A program made the position numbers and the translations under genes. A stretch of DNA of 50,579 bases from Acidilobaceae archaeon (lineage in GTDB: Archaea > Thermoproteota > Thermoprotei_A > Sulfolobales > Acidilobaceae), in assembly GCA_027034115.1 (NCBI GenBank), contig JALVJB010000197.1:1-50579 (forward strand). Reading direction: 5' to 3'. The notes under the pieces were generated by a model. The model was not told where the DNA came from. It did not search any database and saw nothing but the letters and a program-made list of their open reading frames with translations. Positions 18,418 through 28,729 of this stretch are shown here, piece by piece (positions within the stretch are counted from its first letter, which is position 1; each line of letters starts with the position of its first letter).

Positions 18418-20358
18418 TCACCTGGGCTTTGCGGTTGCCATTATTTTGATCCACTCTGGGTCTGGCTCCTCTACCGGCTTGAAAGCGTTAACTGGGCATA
18501 TTTGGGCGCACTCTCCGCACCCGGTGCAGAGTAAGGGGTCAATGTATACCTTTCCATTCTCCTTGGGGATTATTGCTGGGCAGTTGAAGGCCTTGTAGCA
18601 TAGGCCGCAGGCTATACACTTGTCCTCGTCGACAGTGTACACTGTGTACCTAACGCCGGCTTTCCTAGCATTGGCTATTGCGAGGAGGATGCACGCGCCT
18701 CTCGCTACCACTAGGGCAGGCTTCTGCTCCTTCTTAACGTATTCGAGGGCCTCGTAGAAGACTTTCTCCTGGCCCTTAATGTCGAATGCATTGGTTAGCG
18801 CCACGTACTCGATGCCATACGCCTCTGCAACCCTTCTCGGATCCAGCTCCACAGTCTCTTCTCCCATCGCGGTGACGCCCACGCCGGGGTGAGGCTGGTG
18901 CCCCGTCATCGCCGTTGTCCTATTGTCTAGGACTACTACGAGCATGGGAGCCTTGTTGTAGACCGCGTTCGCTAGGCCAGGCATACCTGCATGGAAGAAT
19001 GTGCTATCACCGATTATGGCTATGGGGATCTGGTCCTTGGCGACGTGAGCCATACCGTTTGCCAGCCCTATGCTCCCGCCCATCTCAACAATGGTGTCTT
19101 GCATTTCGAAGGGTGGGAGCACTCCTAGGCTATAACAGCCAATGTCACCGGTGTAGACGGGCTTAATCCTAGCCTTGCCGACAGCTCTCCGGAGAGCGTA
19201 GAATACAGCCCTGTAAGGGCAGCCGGGGCAGAGTACTGGGGGCCTAGGGGGAGCGCTAAGGTTGACCCTCGGCTTCTCTGGTAGAGAGTAATCGATGCCC
19301 AGGAATCTCGCCAGCCCTGGTAGGACCTTGTCAAGCGTGAGCTCCCCTACCCTTGTAATGTAGCCGTTGCTCTTGCCAGCTACCCTAGCCCTGATCCCCT
19401 CATCGTAGAAGGAGCTCTTAGCCAGGGTCTCGACGACAGGCTCTCCCTCCTCGACGAAGAAAACCTTGTCTCTCCCCTCAGCCTCCCTTAAGAGTAGTTT
19501 TGAGGGAAGCGGCACGGGCGTTTGAATCTTTAACACTCTAACCTTTCTATCAAGCCCCAGCTCTCTCAGGGCCTCCCTAGCGTAAGTGTAGCCTAGGCCG
19601 ACGCCCACTACCAGTACGCTCGAATCCTCAGGCCCCTTGGCTTCATTCAATGGATGCTTCGAGAACCACTCAGCTATCTCTTCCCACTTCTCAACCAGCT
19701 CCGCCCTAAGCTTCCTGGCGTGAGCGGGGACTAGCGTGTACCTCTCAATGTTCTTCCGGAACCCTCCCCGAGGCTCTAGCTTCTCTAGGTCTATCTCCCC
19801 CGTTTCGACCGGAACCCTAGTATGGCCTATTCTCGTGGTGGACCGGAGGATTACTGGGGTGTGGAATTTCCCGCTAATATGATAGGCTTCTATAACGGCT
19901 CTCTTAGCCTCCTGGGCTCCAGCCGGCTCTACCACGGGAATATAGGCGTGGACCCCGTACCACCTGTTATCCTGCTCGTTCTGACTACTATGCATCCCGG
20001 GGTCGTCGGCGGATACCACGACGAATGGCGCCTCTACTCCAGTGTATGCACTACTGAAGAGGGGGTCCGCGGCCACGTTTACTCCAACGTGCTTCATTGC
20101 GGCTAAAGACGCTACGCCGGACAGCGCGGCTCCGTATGCAGCCTCTAGGGCCACCTTCTCGTTAACGCTCCACTCGACGTATGGCCTCTTAAGCTTCCTA
20201 GCGGCGTAGGAGAGGGCTTCTACTATCTCGCTAGAAGGCGTCCCGGGATAAGCCGAGGCGAACCCTATCCCGTACTCTAGCGCCCCCCTAGCGATCGCCA
20301 CATTCCCGAGCATTAGGACCCTCTTACCGGGCTCTGACAGGACCTCTCGGTGGGCCAA
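18418..20358 (-). CDS. iorA: indolepyruvate:ferredoxin oxidoreductase alpha subunit
   Basis: The 646-aa product has a pyrimidine-binding domain and a TPP domain (GDIGCY...GDSTFFHAG). Its C-terminus carries two 4Fe-4S ferredoxin motifs, CIACGLCYKAFNCP and CTGCGECAQICP. Confidence 0.9.
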   Translation of the reverse strand: MAHREVLSEPGKRVLMLGNVAIARGALEYGIGFASAYPGTPSSEIVEALSYAARKLKRPYVEWSVNEKVALEAAYGAALSGVASLAAMKHVGVNVAADPLFSSAYTGVEAPFVVVSADDPGMHSSQNEQDNRWYGVHAYIPVVEPAGAQEAKRAVIEAYHISGKFHTPVILRSTTRIGHTRVPVETGEIDLEKLEPRGGFRKNIERYTLVPAHARKLRAELVEKWEEIAEWFSKHPLNEAKGPEDSSVLVVGVGLGYTYAREALRELGLDRKVRVLKIQTPVPLPSKLLLREAEGRDKVFFVEEGEPVVETLAKSSFYDEGIRARVAGKSNGYITRVGELTLDKVLPGLARFLGIDYSLPEKPRVNLSAPPRPPVLCPGCPYRAVFYALRRAVGKARIKPVYTGDIGCYSLGVLPPFEMQDTIVEMGGSIGLANGMAHVAKDQIPIAIIGDSTFFHAGMPGLANAVYNKAPMLVVVLDNRTTAMTGHQPHPGVGVTAMGEETVELDPRRVAEAYGIEYVALTNAFDIKGQEKVFYEALEYVKKEQKPALVVARGACILLAIANARKAGVRYTVYTVDEDKCIACGLCYKAFNCPAIIPKENGKVYIDPLLCTGCGECAQICPVNAFKPVEEPDPEWIKIMATAKPR

Positions 20359-20434
20359 TAATCATCTCCTCGCCCTACCTAGTTGTTTGGGGGGATAATG
20401 AGGTTCTCTCTAGCCTCGCCCCGGTGGGAGGGAC

Positions 20435-20442
20435 AAATATTA
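20435..20442 (+). promoter_or_regulatory. candidate TATA box for the MoxR-DUF58 operon
   Basis: AAATATTA lies about 40 nt upstream of ATG 20478, in the only sizeable non-coding gap ahead of six co-directional, overlapping genes. Confidence 0.35.
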
Positions 20443-20477
20443 GGCCTAAGGCCCTCGTGAACGCAACGGTGTTTAGG

Positions 20478-20936
20478 ATGGCGAAGGGCTCGATTCTACC
20501 ACTCGCAATACTCGGCCTAGTCGCCTTTCTAGGTTTAACCGCTCTCGCCGCTACAGGTACCACCACAGCGGCATCTGGGGCTACTGGTGCAACCGGGAAC
20601 ACCACCCTCGGCGAGATAGTTTCGGTAGCTATGGGCAACCCTAAGATGGCTGTGACAATGCTTGTAGAGTTCATCCTAGGGGTCGCTCTAGGCTATGTCG
20701 GAGTGAAGGCGCTGAGGTACATTCTAGCCTTCATCGGCATACTAATCCTGGGGAGCGTACTATCTGCATGGAGCCTTGGAGGCAACATGGAGGAAGTAGC
20801 TAAGAAGCTGGGAGTAGAGCTGAAGCAGCTACTCCCACTGTTGAAGCAGTTCGCCCTCGCCATAGGCGCGACGATAGTCGGCCCTGCAAGCATAGGCGTG
20901 ATAGTAGGCATAATACTTGCAATGATGAAGAAGTAA
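20478..20936 (+). CDS. membrane protein (signal/anchor, Thr/Gly-rich linker, about 3 TM helices), first gene of the MoxR operon
   Basis: Hydrophobic N-terminus MAKGSILPLAILGLVAFLGLTALA, a TGTTTAASGATGATGNTT linker, then three hydrophobic helices. The track ORF starts upstream at 20424. Confidence 0.5.
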   Translation: MAKGSILPLAILGLVAFLGLTALAATGTTTAASGATGATGNTTLGEIVSVAMGNPKMAVTMLVEFILGVALGYVGVKALRYILAFIGILILGSVLSAWSLGGNMEEVAKKLGVELKQLLPLLKQFALAIGATIVGPASIGVIVGIILAMMKK

Positions 20937-20969
20937 GCATTCCCCTGGCGGGGGGATGGGGAGTAGAGC

Positions 20970-21509
20970 GTGGCGGTCAGCACGCTTCACCACGTCCTCC
21001 CGGACGTGCCTCCTCCCCACCCCCAGCCCCACACGATAGTACAGCCCGCCTCCACGACCGCTCCCAGCACGACTACTGGCGGGCACACCGTGGCTACAAC
21101 TACGAGCCCATTACTCCACTATGCTTCTTCGCCTGTAAGCTCGATAGCATTGATGATATTAATACTTTTTATATTAATAATCTTAGTAGTAGCTATTCTA
21201 GCAGTTAAGCCCTCTCCAGCACTCCTCGGAGAAATCCGCGGAGAGCCCGGGAGAGTACTAGAGGCCAGTGAGCCTTACAGGTACACGGGGCTCAGGAAGA
21301 GGCTGAGGCAACTATACCTATCAGTGAGAGCAAGGGCAGAATCCGCCGTAGGTATCGCCCTAAAGAGCAAGACCGCTATGGAAATAGCGAGGATAACCGG
21401 CATGTACCGAAAGTTCGCCGAAGAGTATACTAAGGCAATGTACGGTCCTGGACACCCAGACGAGGAGGCAGTCTTGAGAATAGAGAGGCTAGCGAGGAAT
21501 GAAGCCTAG
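20970..21509 (+). CDS. membrane-anchored DUF4129-like protein
   Basis: A Pro/Thr-rich N-terminus, one TM helix (IALMILILFILIILVVAILAV), and a C-terminal helical region (LRQLYLSVRARA...TAMEIARITG...AMYGPGHPDEE) resembling DUF4129. The start codon is non-ATG. Confidence 0.45.
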   Translation: MAVSTLHHVLPDVPPPHPQPHTIVQPASTTAPSTTTGGHTVATTTSPLLHYASSPVSSIALMILILFILIILVVAILAVKPSPALLGEIRGEPGRVLEASEPYRYTGLRKRLRQLYLSVRARAESAVGIALKSKTAMEIARITGMYRKFAEEYTKAMYGPGHPDEEAVLRIERLARNEA

Positions 21510-22569
21510 CCCTGTGATCACAGTACTCGCTCTCGGTATCACTCTAATCCTATTCATCACGGGCTCCTCGCTCGTATCCAAGGAGAAGAGCTACTCATGG
21601 CTATCAACATCCCCCATTAACCCTGGCCCCGGAGGAACATCCTCATTCGTAGAGGACCTAAACAAGTGGTACGACGTAGTGCTAGGTAACACTACCACCC
21701 TAGAAGGGATAAGGGTGAGGGCGACCTACCTTATTATAGGGCCCGACACTCCATTAAACGATAATGAAATAGAGATTATAGTAAAGCTCGTGAAGACGGG
21801 CCGCTTAAACCTGCTAATAGCAGACGAGACCACCAATACAGGGCGCCTCCTCAGGACCCTCGGCCTGCCCCCGATGGATGGAACCGTCTATAACGAGACT
21901 GTAAAGGGGGGCGGCTGGGAATTCATGGTGAAAATAGCTTGCGACGGACACGAGGCTTGGGCTTCTAGAGCCGTGAGGGTCCCCCAAGGGCCGGGCGGAG
22001 AAGAAGTATGCTCCTACAAGAACGATGGCACCGCAGCTGTCCTCTACAATATCAACGGGTCGAGAGTATTGATCGTAGGGGACTCCAGCATATTCGCAAA
22101 CTACCTATACAACGGTTACGACGGGCTTAAACCGTCTAGAAACGTGGCACTCTTCCTGGCACGCTTAGCAGCGGGCGATTCCCGAGGCGAGCCCGTTATA
22201 GTAGACAATAGCCACTATTCCTATAATGTTAAGGCCCGAGGAGCTTACCCACTGACGGGCCTCTGGACCTCTCTCGCCAACAGTCTAGAAAGCCTAGAGA
22301 GTAGGGCCCGCGAGCTCACCCCGCAAACCCTAGCCCTAGCGTTAGTGGTTGCAAGCGTCCCCTGGCCATTAATCCTGCTCACTCCATGGAGCAGGCCTAA
22401 GAGAAAGTCCACGCCCCTAAGGGAGGCTGCGATCGCATTATTAGAAGTCGAGGCCTCACGCCTAGGAGTAGAGGAGGGCCCCGGCAGGCCGGACCCTGAA
22501 TCCCTAGCCTCGCGCATAATCAGGAGGGCGAGGAAGCTTGAACAACATCATGGAGAGAGTCCTCAGTGA
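21499..22569 (+). CDS. DUF4350-like protein (N- and C-terminal TM anchors)
   Basis: An N-terminal TM helix and a C-terminal TM helix. The central region reads TYLIIGPDTPLNDNEIEIIVKLVKTGRLNLLIAD ... SRVLIVGDSSIFANYLY...NVALFLARL, as in DUF4350 partners of MoxR. Confidence 0.5.
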   Translation: MKPSPVITVLALGITLILFITGSSLVSKEKSYSWLSTSPINPGPGGTSSFVEDLNKWYDVVLGNTTTLEGIRVRATYLIIGPDTPLNDNEIEIIVKLVKTGRLNLLIADETTNTGRLLRTLGLPPMDGTVYNETVKGGGWEFMVKIACDGHEAWASRAVRVPQGPGGEEVCSYKNDGTAAVLYNINGSRVLIVGDSSIFANYLYNGYDGLKPSRNVALFLARLAAGDSRGEPVIVDNSHYSYNVKARGAYPLTGLWTSLANSLESLESRARELTPQTLALALVVASVPWPLILLTPWSRPKRKSTPLREAAIALLEVEASRLGVEEGPGRPDPESLASRIIRRARKLEQHHGESPQ

Positions 22570-23452
22570 AGCCGGCAAGGTGGTCGTAGGGAAGCGCGAG
22601 GTCATTGAGGCAGTAGTAGCGACCATAATAGCTGGGGGGCACGTGCTCCTCGAAGGCGTTCCAGGAGTAGCTAAGACCCTTATAGCGAGGGCCGTAGCCT
22701 CTAGCCTCAGCCTAGACTTCAAGCGAGTCCAGTTCGTCCCAGACCTCCTGCCAAGCGATATAACAGGGACAATGGTCTGGAAGGGAGGGGACTTCGAGTT
22801 CCACCCTGGCCCCATCTTCACGGAAGTACTACTAGTCGACGAGATCAACAGGGCTCCTCCTAAAACACAGGCCGCACTCCTCGAAGCGATGCAGGAGAGG
22901 CAGGTATCAATCTGGGGAGAGACACGCAAGCTATCTCCTCTCTTCACGGTGATAGCGACCATGAATCCTGTCGAGTACCAGGGAGTATACCCCCTGAGCG
23001 AGGCTCAGGTCGACAGGTTCACATCGAAAATAGAGCTCGACTATCCAAGCGTTGAAGAAATGGCCCGCATAATCGACGTGCAAGGGGCAATTGAAGAATG
23101 GCCTGTGAAGCCAGTAGTCAGTAGAGAGGAATTACTCGAGGCTAGAAGGAGGGTGTGGAGCGTCCACGTAGACGATAACATTAAACTATACGCCGCCCTG
23201 CTAGCAGAGGCTACAAGGAGGGACCCTCGAGTCCTCCTAGGAGGGTCCCCCAGAGCAGTCATCTCAATGGTACAACTAGCGAGGGCCCTAGCACTAGCCG
23301 AGGGGCGAGGCTACGTAGCGCCGGACGATATAAAGAGAGTAGCCCACTACGCCATGGACCATAGAGTGATACTAAAACCTGAAGCCCGCCTCTCCGGGGC
23401 AACCCCCGAGCAAATAGTAGACACAGTCCTAGAGAAGGTCGAGCCACCCTAG
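22538..23452 (+). CDS. moxR: MoxR-like AAA+ ATPase
   Basis: Walker A LLEGVPGVAKT, QFVPDLLPSDITGT, Walker B LLVDEINRAPPKTQAALLEAMQE and ATMNPVEYQGVYPLSEAQVDRF. Confidence 0.9.
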   Translation: MNNIMERVLSEAGKVVVGKREVIEAVVATIIAGGHVLLEGVPGVAKTLIARAVASSLSLDFKRVQFVPDLLPSDITGTMVWKGGDFEFHPGPIFTEVLLVDEINRAPPKTQAALLEAMQERQVSIWGETRKLSPLFTVIATMNPVEYQGVYPLSEAQVDRFTSKIELDYPSVEEMARIIDVQGAIEEWPVKPVVSREELLEARRRVWSVHVDDNIKLYAALLAEATRRDPRVLLGGSPRAVISMVQLARALALAEGRGYVAPDDIKRVAHYAMDHRVILKPEARLSGATPEQIVDTVLEKVEPP

Positions 23453-23465
23453 AGGGACCCCCAGA

Positions 23466-24752
23466 GTGCCGGAGATCTACCCAACTAGGAAAGCACTCCT
23501 TGCAGGCATCCTCGCATTCCTCTTCTTCGCAATGCAAGCCCTAGGCATCTACTCCCCATACACCGGTATTGGAGCCTCACTCCTCACCGGAGTACTAGCG
23601 GTATCAATGGCCGTGGCCGAGAGGGCCTCCACGGCACTATTCCGTGTAAACGCGGAGCGGAGGGTCCCCCAGCGGCTAGCAGAGGGAGTACTGGCTAGAG
23701 TAGAACTAGTAGTATGCAACAATTCCCCCGACGACTTGATTGTATCAGTGGAAGACCAGGTGCCGGAAAGGTTGAGAGCTCTCGAGAGCGAGATCGAGAT
23801 GCGCCTCAGGCCGGGAGAGTGCAGGAGGGGCTCCTACAGGGTGAGACCGGCGCCTGGCTACCACTCCTACCCCTCTCTCCAAGTAGAGGCGAGGGACCCT
23901 CTGGGAATGTTCGCATCATGGAGAAAGCTGAAGAGGCCGTCAAGCATAAGCGTATACCCGCTCAGCCTAGGCGAATACTGGGTTTCACAAGCCGGCCCGC
24001 GGGGGAGGGGAGAACCCCTATACTCTACGTGGAAGGGCGGAGGACTGGAGTTCTACCAGCTGAGAGACTACGTGCCAGGCGACGATGTCAGGTTCATTTC
24101 GTGGAGCGCGACTGCAAGGCTGGGTAGGCCCATCGTATGGGAGGGCGTGTCACAAGTGTCTCCGCACGTCTCACTCCTAGCAGACCTATCCCTAGAATCC
24201 TGGCCGGGCACGCCAGGAGAGGCGCCGGCGGACTGGATAATGAGGACTGCCGTGGCGATAGCTGAGATAGTAGAAGCGGGTGGAGGGACCCTCAGGTACG
24301 GGATACTACTAGGGGAGACGTGGGAGGAGGGGTTTCTCTCTGGGGAGTACATAGCGGAGGCCCTAAGGAGAAGACTCTCCCTGGCAGGCCCCAGTAATGT
24401 TAAGAGGAGAGTTAAGCTGGGAGCCCTAGTAGATAGGCTCTCCCGCGGGGAACCCGGAAGGCCGTTGGTACTACTACTAGGTCCAGGGCAAAACTATAAC
24501 AGCCTGGTCGAAGCACTATCGAAGGCTAACGCTCATTGCAGGATAGCCATACTCTACGCCCCCACGGGCAATGGACCGGTAGACACAGCGGTCAGGCTAG
24601 TGGAGGAGCGTTACTACAAGGCTAACCTCGACAGCCTACGCAGAGCTGGAGCTAAACCATACCTCGTCACCTCTCGAGGTGCGGCGGTTGAGGTTGCAAG
24701 GCGCCTCTGGGGTATCTTGCAGGAGCCTGGCTGCCGGGCTGGCGCTTTCTAG
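23466..24752 (+). CDS. DUF58 domain protein (vWA-like partner of MoxR)
   Basis: Two N-terminal TM helices plus the DUF58 signature FYQLRDYVPGDDVRFISWSATARLGRPIV. The start is GTG. Confidence 0.85.
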   Translation: MPEIYPTRKALLAGILAFLFFAMQALGIYSPYTGIGASLLTGVLAVSMAVAERASTALFRVNAERRVPQRLAEGVLARVELVVCNNSPDDLIVSVEDQVPERLRALESEIEMRLRPGECRRGSYRVRPAPGYHSYPSLQVEARDPLGMFASWRKLKRPSSISVYPLSLGEYWVSQAGPRGRGEPLYSTWKGGGLEFYQLRDYVPGDDVRFISWSATARLGRPIVWEGVSQVSPHVSLLADLSLESWPGTPGEAPADWIMRTAVAIAEIVEAGGGTLRYGILLGETWEEGFLSGEYIAEALRRRLSLAGPSNVKRRVKLGALVDRLSRGEPGRPLVLLLGPGQNYNSLVEALSKANAHCRIAILYAPTGNGPVDTAVRLVEERYYKANLDSLRRAGAKPYLVTSRGAAVEVARRLWGILQEPGCRAGAF

Positions 24753-25485
24753 CCAGCTCCTATTAGCAGTCACCGGCCTCACGAATAGAGACTGGGCCGG
24801 CGCTCTCATGGTCTTGCCCGGAACGATAGGCATACTCCTAGCCCTCCGGGGGTCCCTCGAGGCCTCATCCCTACTTGGCCTTACTACAATCGTTGCCTCG
24901 GGCCTCTACAAGGTTAGCGGGATAATACCTGGCCTAGCTCTTTTGGGCTTCACGTTTTCACTACTCGTATACTGGGTTCACGAAGAGGCTTGCGGCAGGG
25001 GTCTCCGCCTCTTGGGAGTAGGAGTGGGGGTCGGTGGCTATGCTCTCTCGCTCTCATGGGTTCTCCACGGGTGGGGCATTTACGCCCGTTATCTGCCTCC
25101 AGAGTCGCTTGAGGCGCTCTCGAGCAATGGGGGCTTCACGATCCTCGTAATTACGTCCACATTGTTCTTCTCGTTGACCGCTTACTATGCTTTAAGGCCG
25201 AATAGTTCTCTTCCATCGATAGCCTCCGCCGCCCGGTGGCTATATGATAATAGGACCGCGCCGATAGAGGCTCTCGCATACTTATTATTCCTTGCATCGC
25301 TTCGGGTATCGCCGTTCGTAGCGTTGCTAGGCTTCGTCTCCGCGGGCTTGGGTATTTGGGCTTGGAGCCTCACCAGGAGGAGGGAAGCCGTTCTTCTCAC
25401 AGTGCTTTTATCTTATGTCCTACTAGTATGGGTTACGGGCTACTATAAGCTTGTAAACGATTACCTCTTAAGACTCCTTCACTAG
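24679..25485 (+). CDS. polytopic membrane protein, last gene of the MoxR operon (resembles the TM module of transglutaminase-type partners, but with no catalytic domain)
   Basis: Six to seven hydrophobic helices and no soluble domain. The start is uncertain; an in-frame ATG at 24808 is also possible. Confidence 0.45.
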   Translation: MRRLRLQGASGVSCRSLAAGLALSSQLLLAVTGLTNRDWAGALMVLPGTIGILLALRGSLEASSLLGLTTIVASGLYKVSGIIPGLALLGFTFSLLVYWVHEEACGRGLRLLGVGVGVGGYALSLSWVLHGWGIYARYLPPESLEALSSNGGFTILVITSTLFFSLTAYYALRPNSSLPSIASAARWLYDNRTAPIEALAYLLFLASLRVSPFVALLGFVSAGLGIWAWSLTRRREAVLLTVLLSYVLLVWVTGYYKLVNDYLLRLLH

Positions 25486-25638
25486 ATCAGCCCCTACAAT
25501 CATTGTCACGGATCCAACCGTTGCCCCGACGAGGCTCGCGATAACGTAGCCCTCGACGGCTAGTCCTATGCTTGCGATATAGAACGCGATCGAGGAGGCG
25601 AGTAACCCTATACCCATGATGACCCTGAGCCTAGCCAT
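25468..25638 (-). CDS. candidate 56-aa two-helix membrane micro-protein
   Basis: This ORF is not in the track. Its ATG overlaps the stop of the upstream gene (AATGGCTAG). The product is MARLRVIMGIGLLASSIAFYIASIGLAVEGYVIASLVGATVGSVTMIVGADLVKES. Confidence 0.3.
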   Translation of the reverse strand: MARLRVIMGIGLLASSIAFYIASIGLAVEGYVIASLVGATVGSVTMIVGADLVKES

Positions 25639-26485
25639 TACTCCTCACCATAATCTTTACTACCGCTCCCGTGTCTGGGTCCGGTCCAACGGTCTCGTTA
25701 GCCATTTCTAGGGCCCTTAGAGGGTCCCCCGTATGTGCTAGATCTCGAGCCCATTCCAAGAGGAATTCGTCAGCGTGTAGCCATGTAACGTTACCGTCCC
25801 ATGCTATATAGGCGGAGGCTCCCTTATCGATGATTACCTTTGCTAGCCTATCGTCTTGGAACCCGTAGCATCCCGTGAAGAATACTATCGTCTTATTCAT
25901 CTCGCCAGCTATGTCGCGGAAGAATTTGGGGCTCACGGCCAAGTATTTGGGTAGCTCTTGTAGGGGGACCCCCGGCCTCGGTATCACCGCTGGGGCATAG
26001 TAGCCTTTACGGATACCGTCCTCGATGTTCTTCACTCCATAAACAGCCTCGGCTTCTATAACGTACATGCCAGTGTATACATAAGCGCCGAGGGGCTTCC
26101 CACTGCTAGGATCTCCGTTGTAGGCTCCATGCGCCCTGATTATTACTAAGCCATACTGCCCCATGCCTACTAGCGGGTCGAGAGTAGCGTTAGCCCCATA
26201 ATAGACTGTGACGCTAAAGCCCATGCTCTCCAGGATCTTCTTGAGCGTGGAGACTTCCCGGGGATCGGGGAACTCTCGGGCTAGGCTATCGTATATGAGG
26301 GCCTTGTGGGGGACCCCTGAGAGGTTTATGCTAGCAGTAGTGGTGCTCGCTGGGGGTCCCCCGCTAGTGGTTGCCCTAGGAGTATTGCCTGGGTTTCCTC
26401 CGCCTCCCCGTAGGAGGAGCGAGGCGCCCACAATTGCTGCTACTACGATGAGTATAACAGTGTAGGCCGCCCGCCTCTTATCCAT
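25631..26485 (-). CDS. membrane-anchored extracellular protein with a clan-CD-like (caspase/gingipain-type) His/Cys arrangement
   Basis: ATG 26485 (MDKRRAAYTVILIVVAAIVGASLLL) has GGAGG upstream. A Gly/Thr/Pro linker follows, then LVIIRAHGAY and TIVFFTGCYG (hydrophobic strand followed by H-G or C), then GASAYIAWDG. The track ORF wrongly extends into the tRNA. Confidence 0.6.
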   Translation of the reverse strand: MDKRRAAYTVILIVVAAIVGASLLLRGGGGNPGNTPRATTSGGPPASTTTASINLSGVPHKALIYDSLAREFPDPREVSTLKKILESMGFSVTVYYGANATLDPLVGMGQYGLVIIRAHGAYNGDPSSGKPLGAYVYTGMYVIEAEAVYGVKNIEDGIRKGYYAPAVIPRPGVPLQELPKYLAVSPKFFRDIAGEMNKTIVFFTGCYGFQDDRLAKVIIDKGASAYIAWDGNVTWLHADEFLLEWARDLAHTGDPLRALEMANETVGPDPDTGAVVKIMVRSNG

Positions 26486-26508
26486 CCCAGGAGCCTCCAA
26501 GTATATGT

Positions 26509-26596
26509 TGGTGCGGGGGGTGGGATTCGAACCCACGCAGGCCTACGCCATCGGGTCCTAAGCCCGACCCCTTTGGCCAGGCTCGGGCACCCCCGC
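26509..26596 (-). tRNA. tRNA-Leu (anticodon UAG), long variable arm, CCA encoded
   Basis: The reverse complement is GCGGGGGUGCCCGAGCCUGGCCAAAGGGGUCGGGCUUAGGACCCGAUGGCGUAGGCCUGCGUGGGUUCGAAUCCCACCCCCCGCACCA. The anticodon loop is CUUAGGA. Confidence 0.9.
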
Positions 26597-26628
26597 GTTC
26601 CCTTCTAATGCACCTATACGGGGACGCC

Positions 26629-26636
26629 ATTTAAAT
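26629..26636 (-). promoter_or_regulatory. candidate TATA box for tRNA-Leu(UAG)
   Basis: ATTTAAAT is centred about 37 nt upstream of the mature tRNA 5' end. Confidence 0.3.
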
Positions 26637-26733
26637 CCTTCCAGTCGCCCAGCTCCCTGCCCAGCCACTTTTTAACCCAAGGGGTGGGCTTCCTGGTTGC
26701 TGGGGTAGCTTCAGAGTCTAACGGTGAAGTATA

Positions 26734-28717
<1,984 letters not shown>

Positions 28718-28729
28718 GGGGCTAAGCCT

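Noticed and set aside
20922-20928. Other RUGAUGA matches could be C boxes, for example at 20922, 28033, 29248, and on the minus strand at 6036 and 21556.
   Set aside because: All lie within well-supported coding sequence, and none has a CUGA D box with a terminal stem at the appropriate distance.
26486-26536. N-terminal extensions of the six-frame ORFs at 25631..26536 and 32222..33193, and the ORF at 35683..35865.
   Set aside because: These stretches translate straight through tRNA-Leu and tRNA-Ser gene bodies (giving G-F-E-S/P-R-type peptides from the T-arm). Credible internal starts with SD or TATA signals exist downstream.
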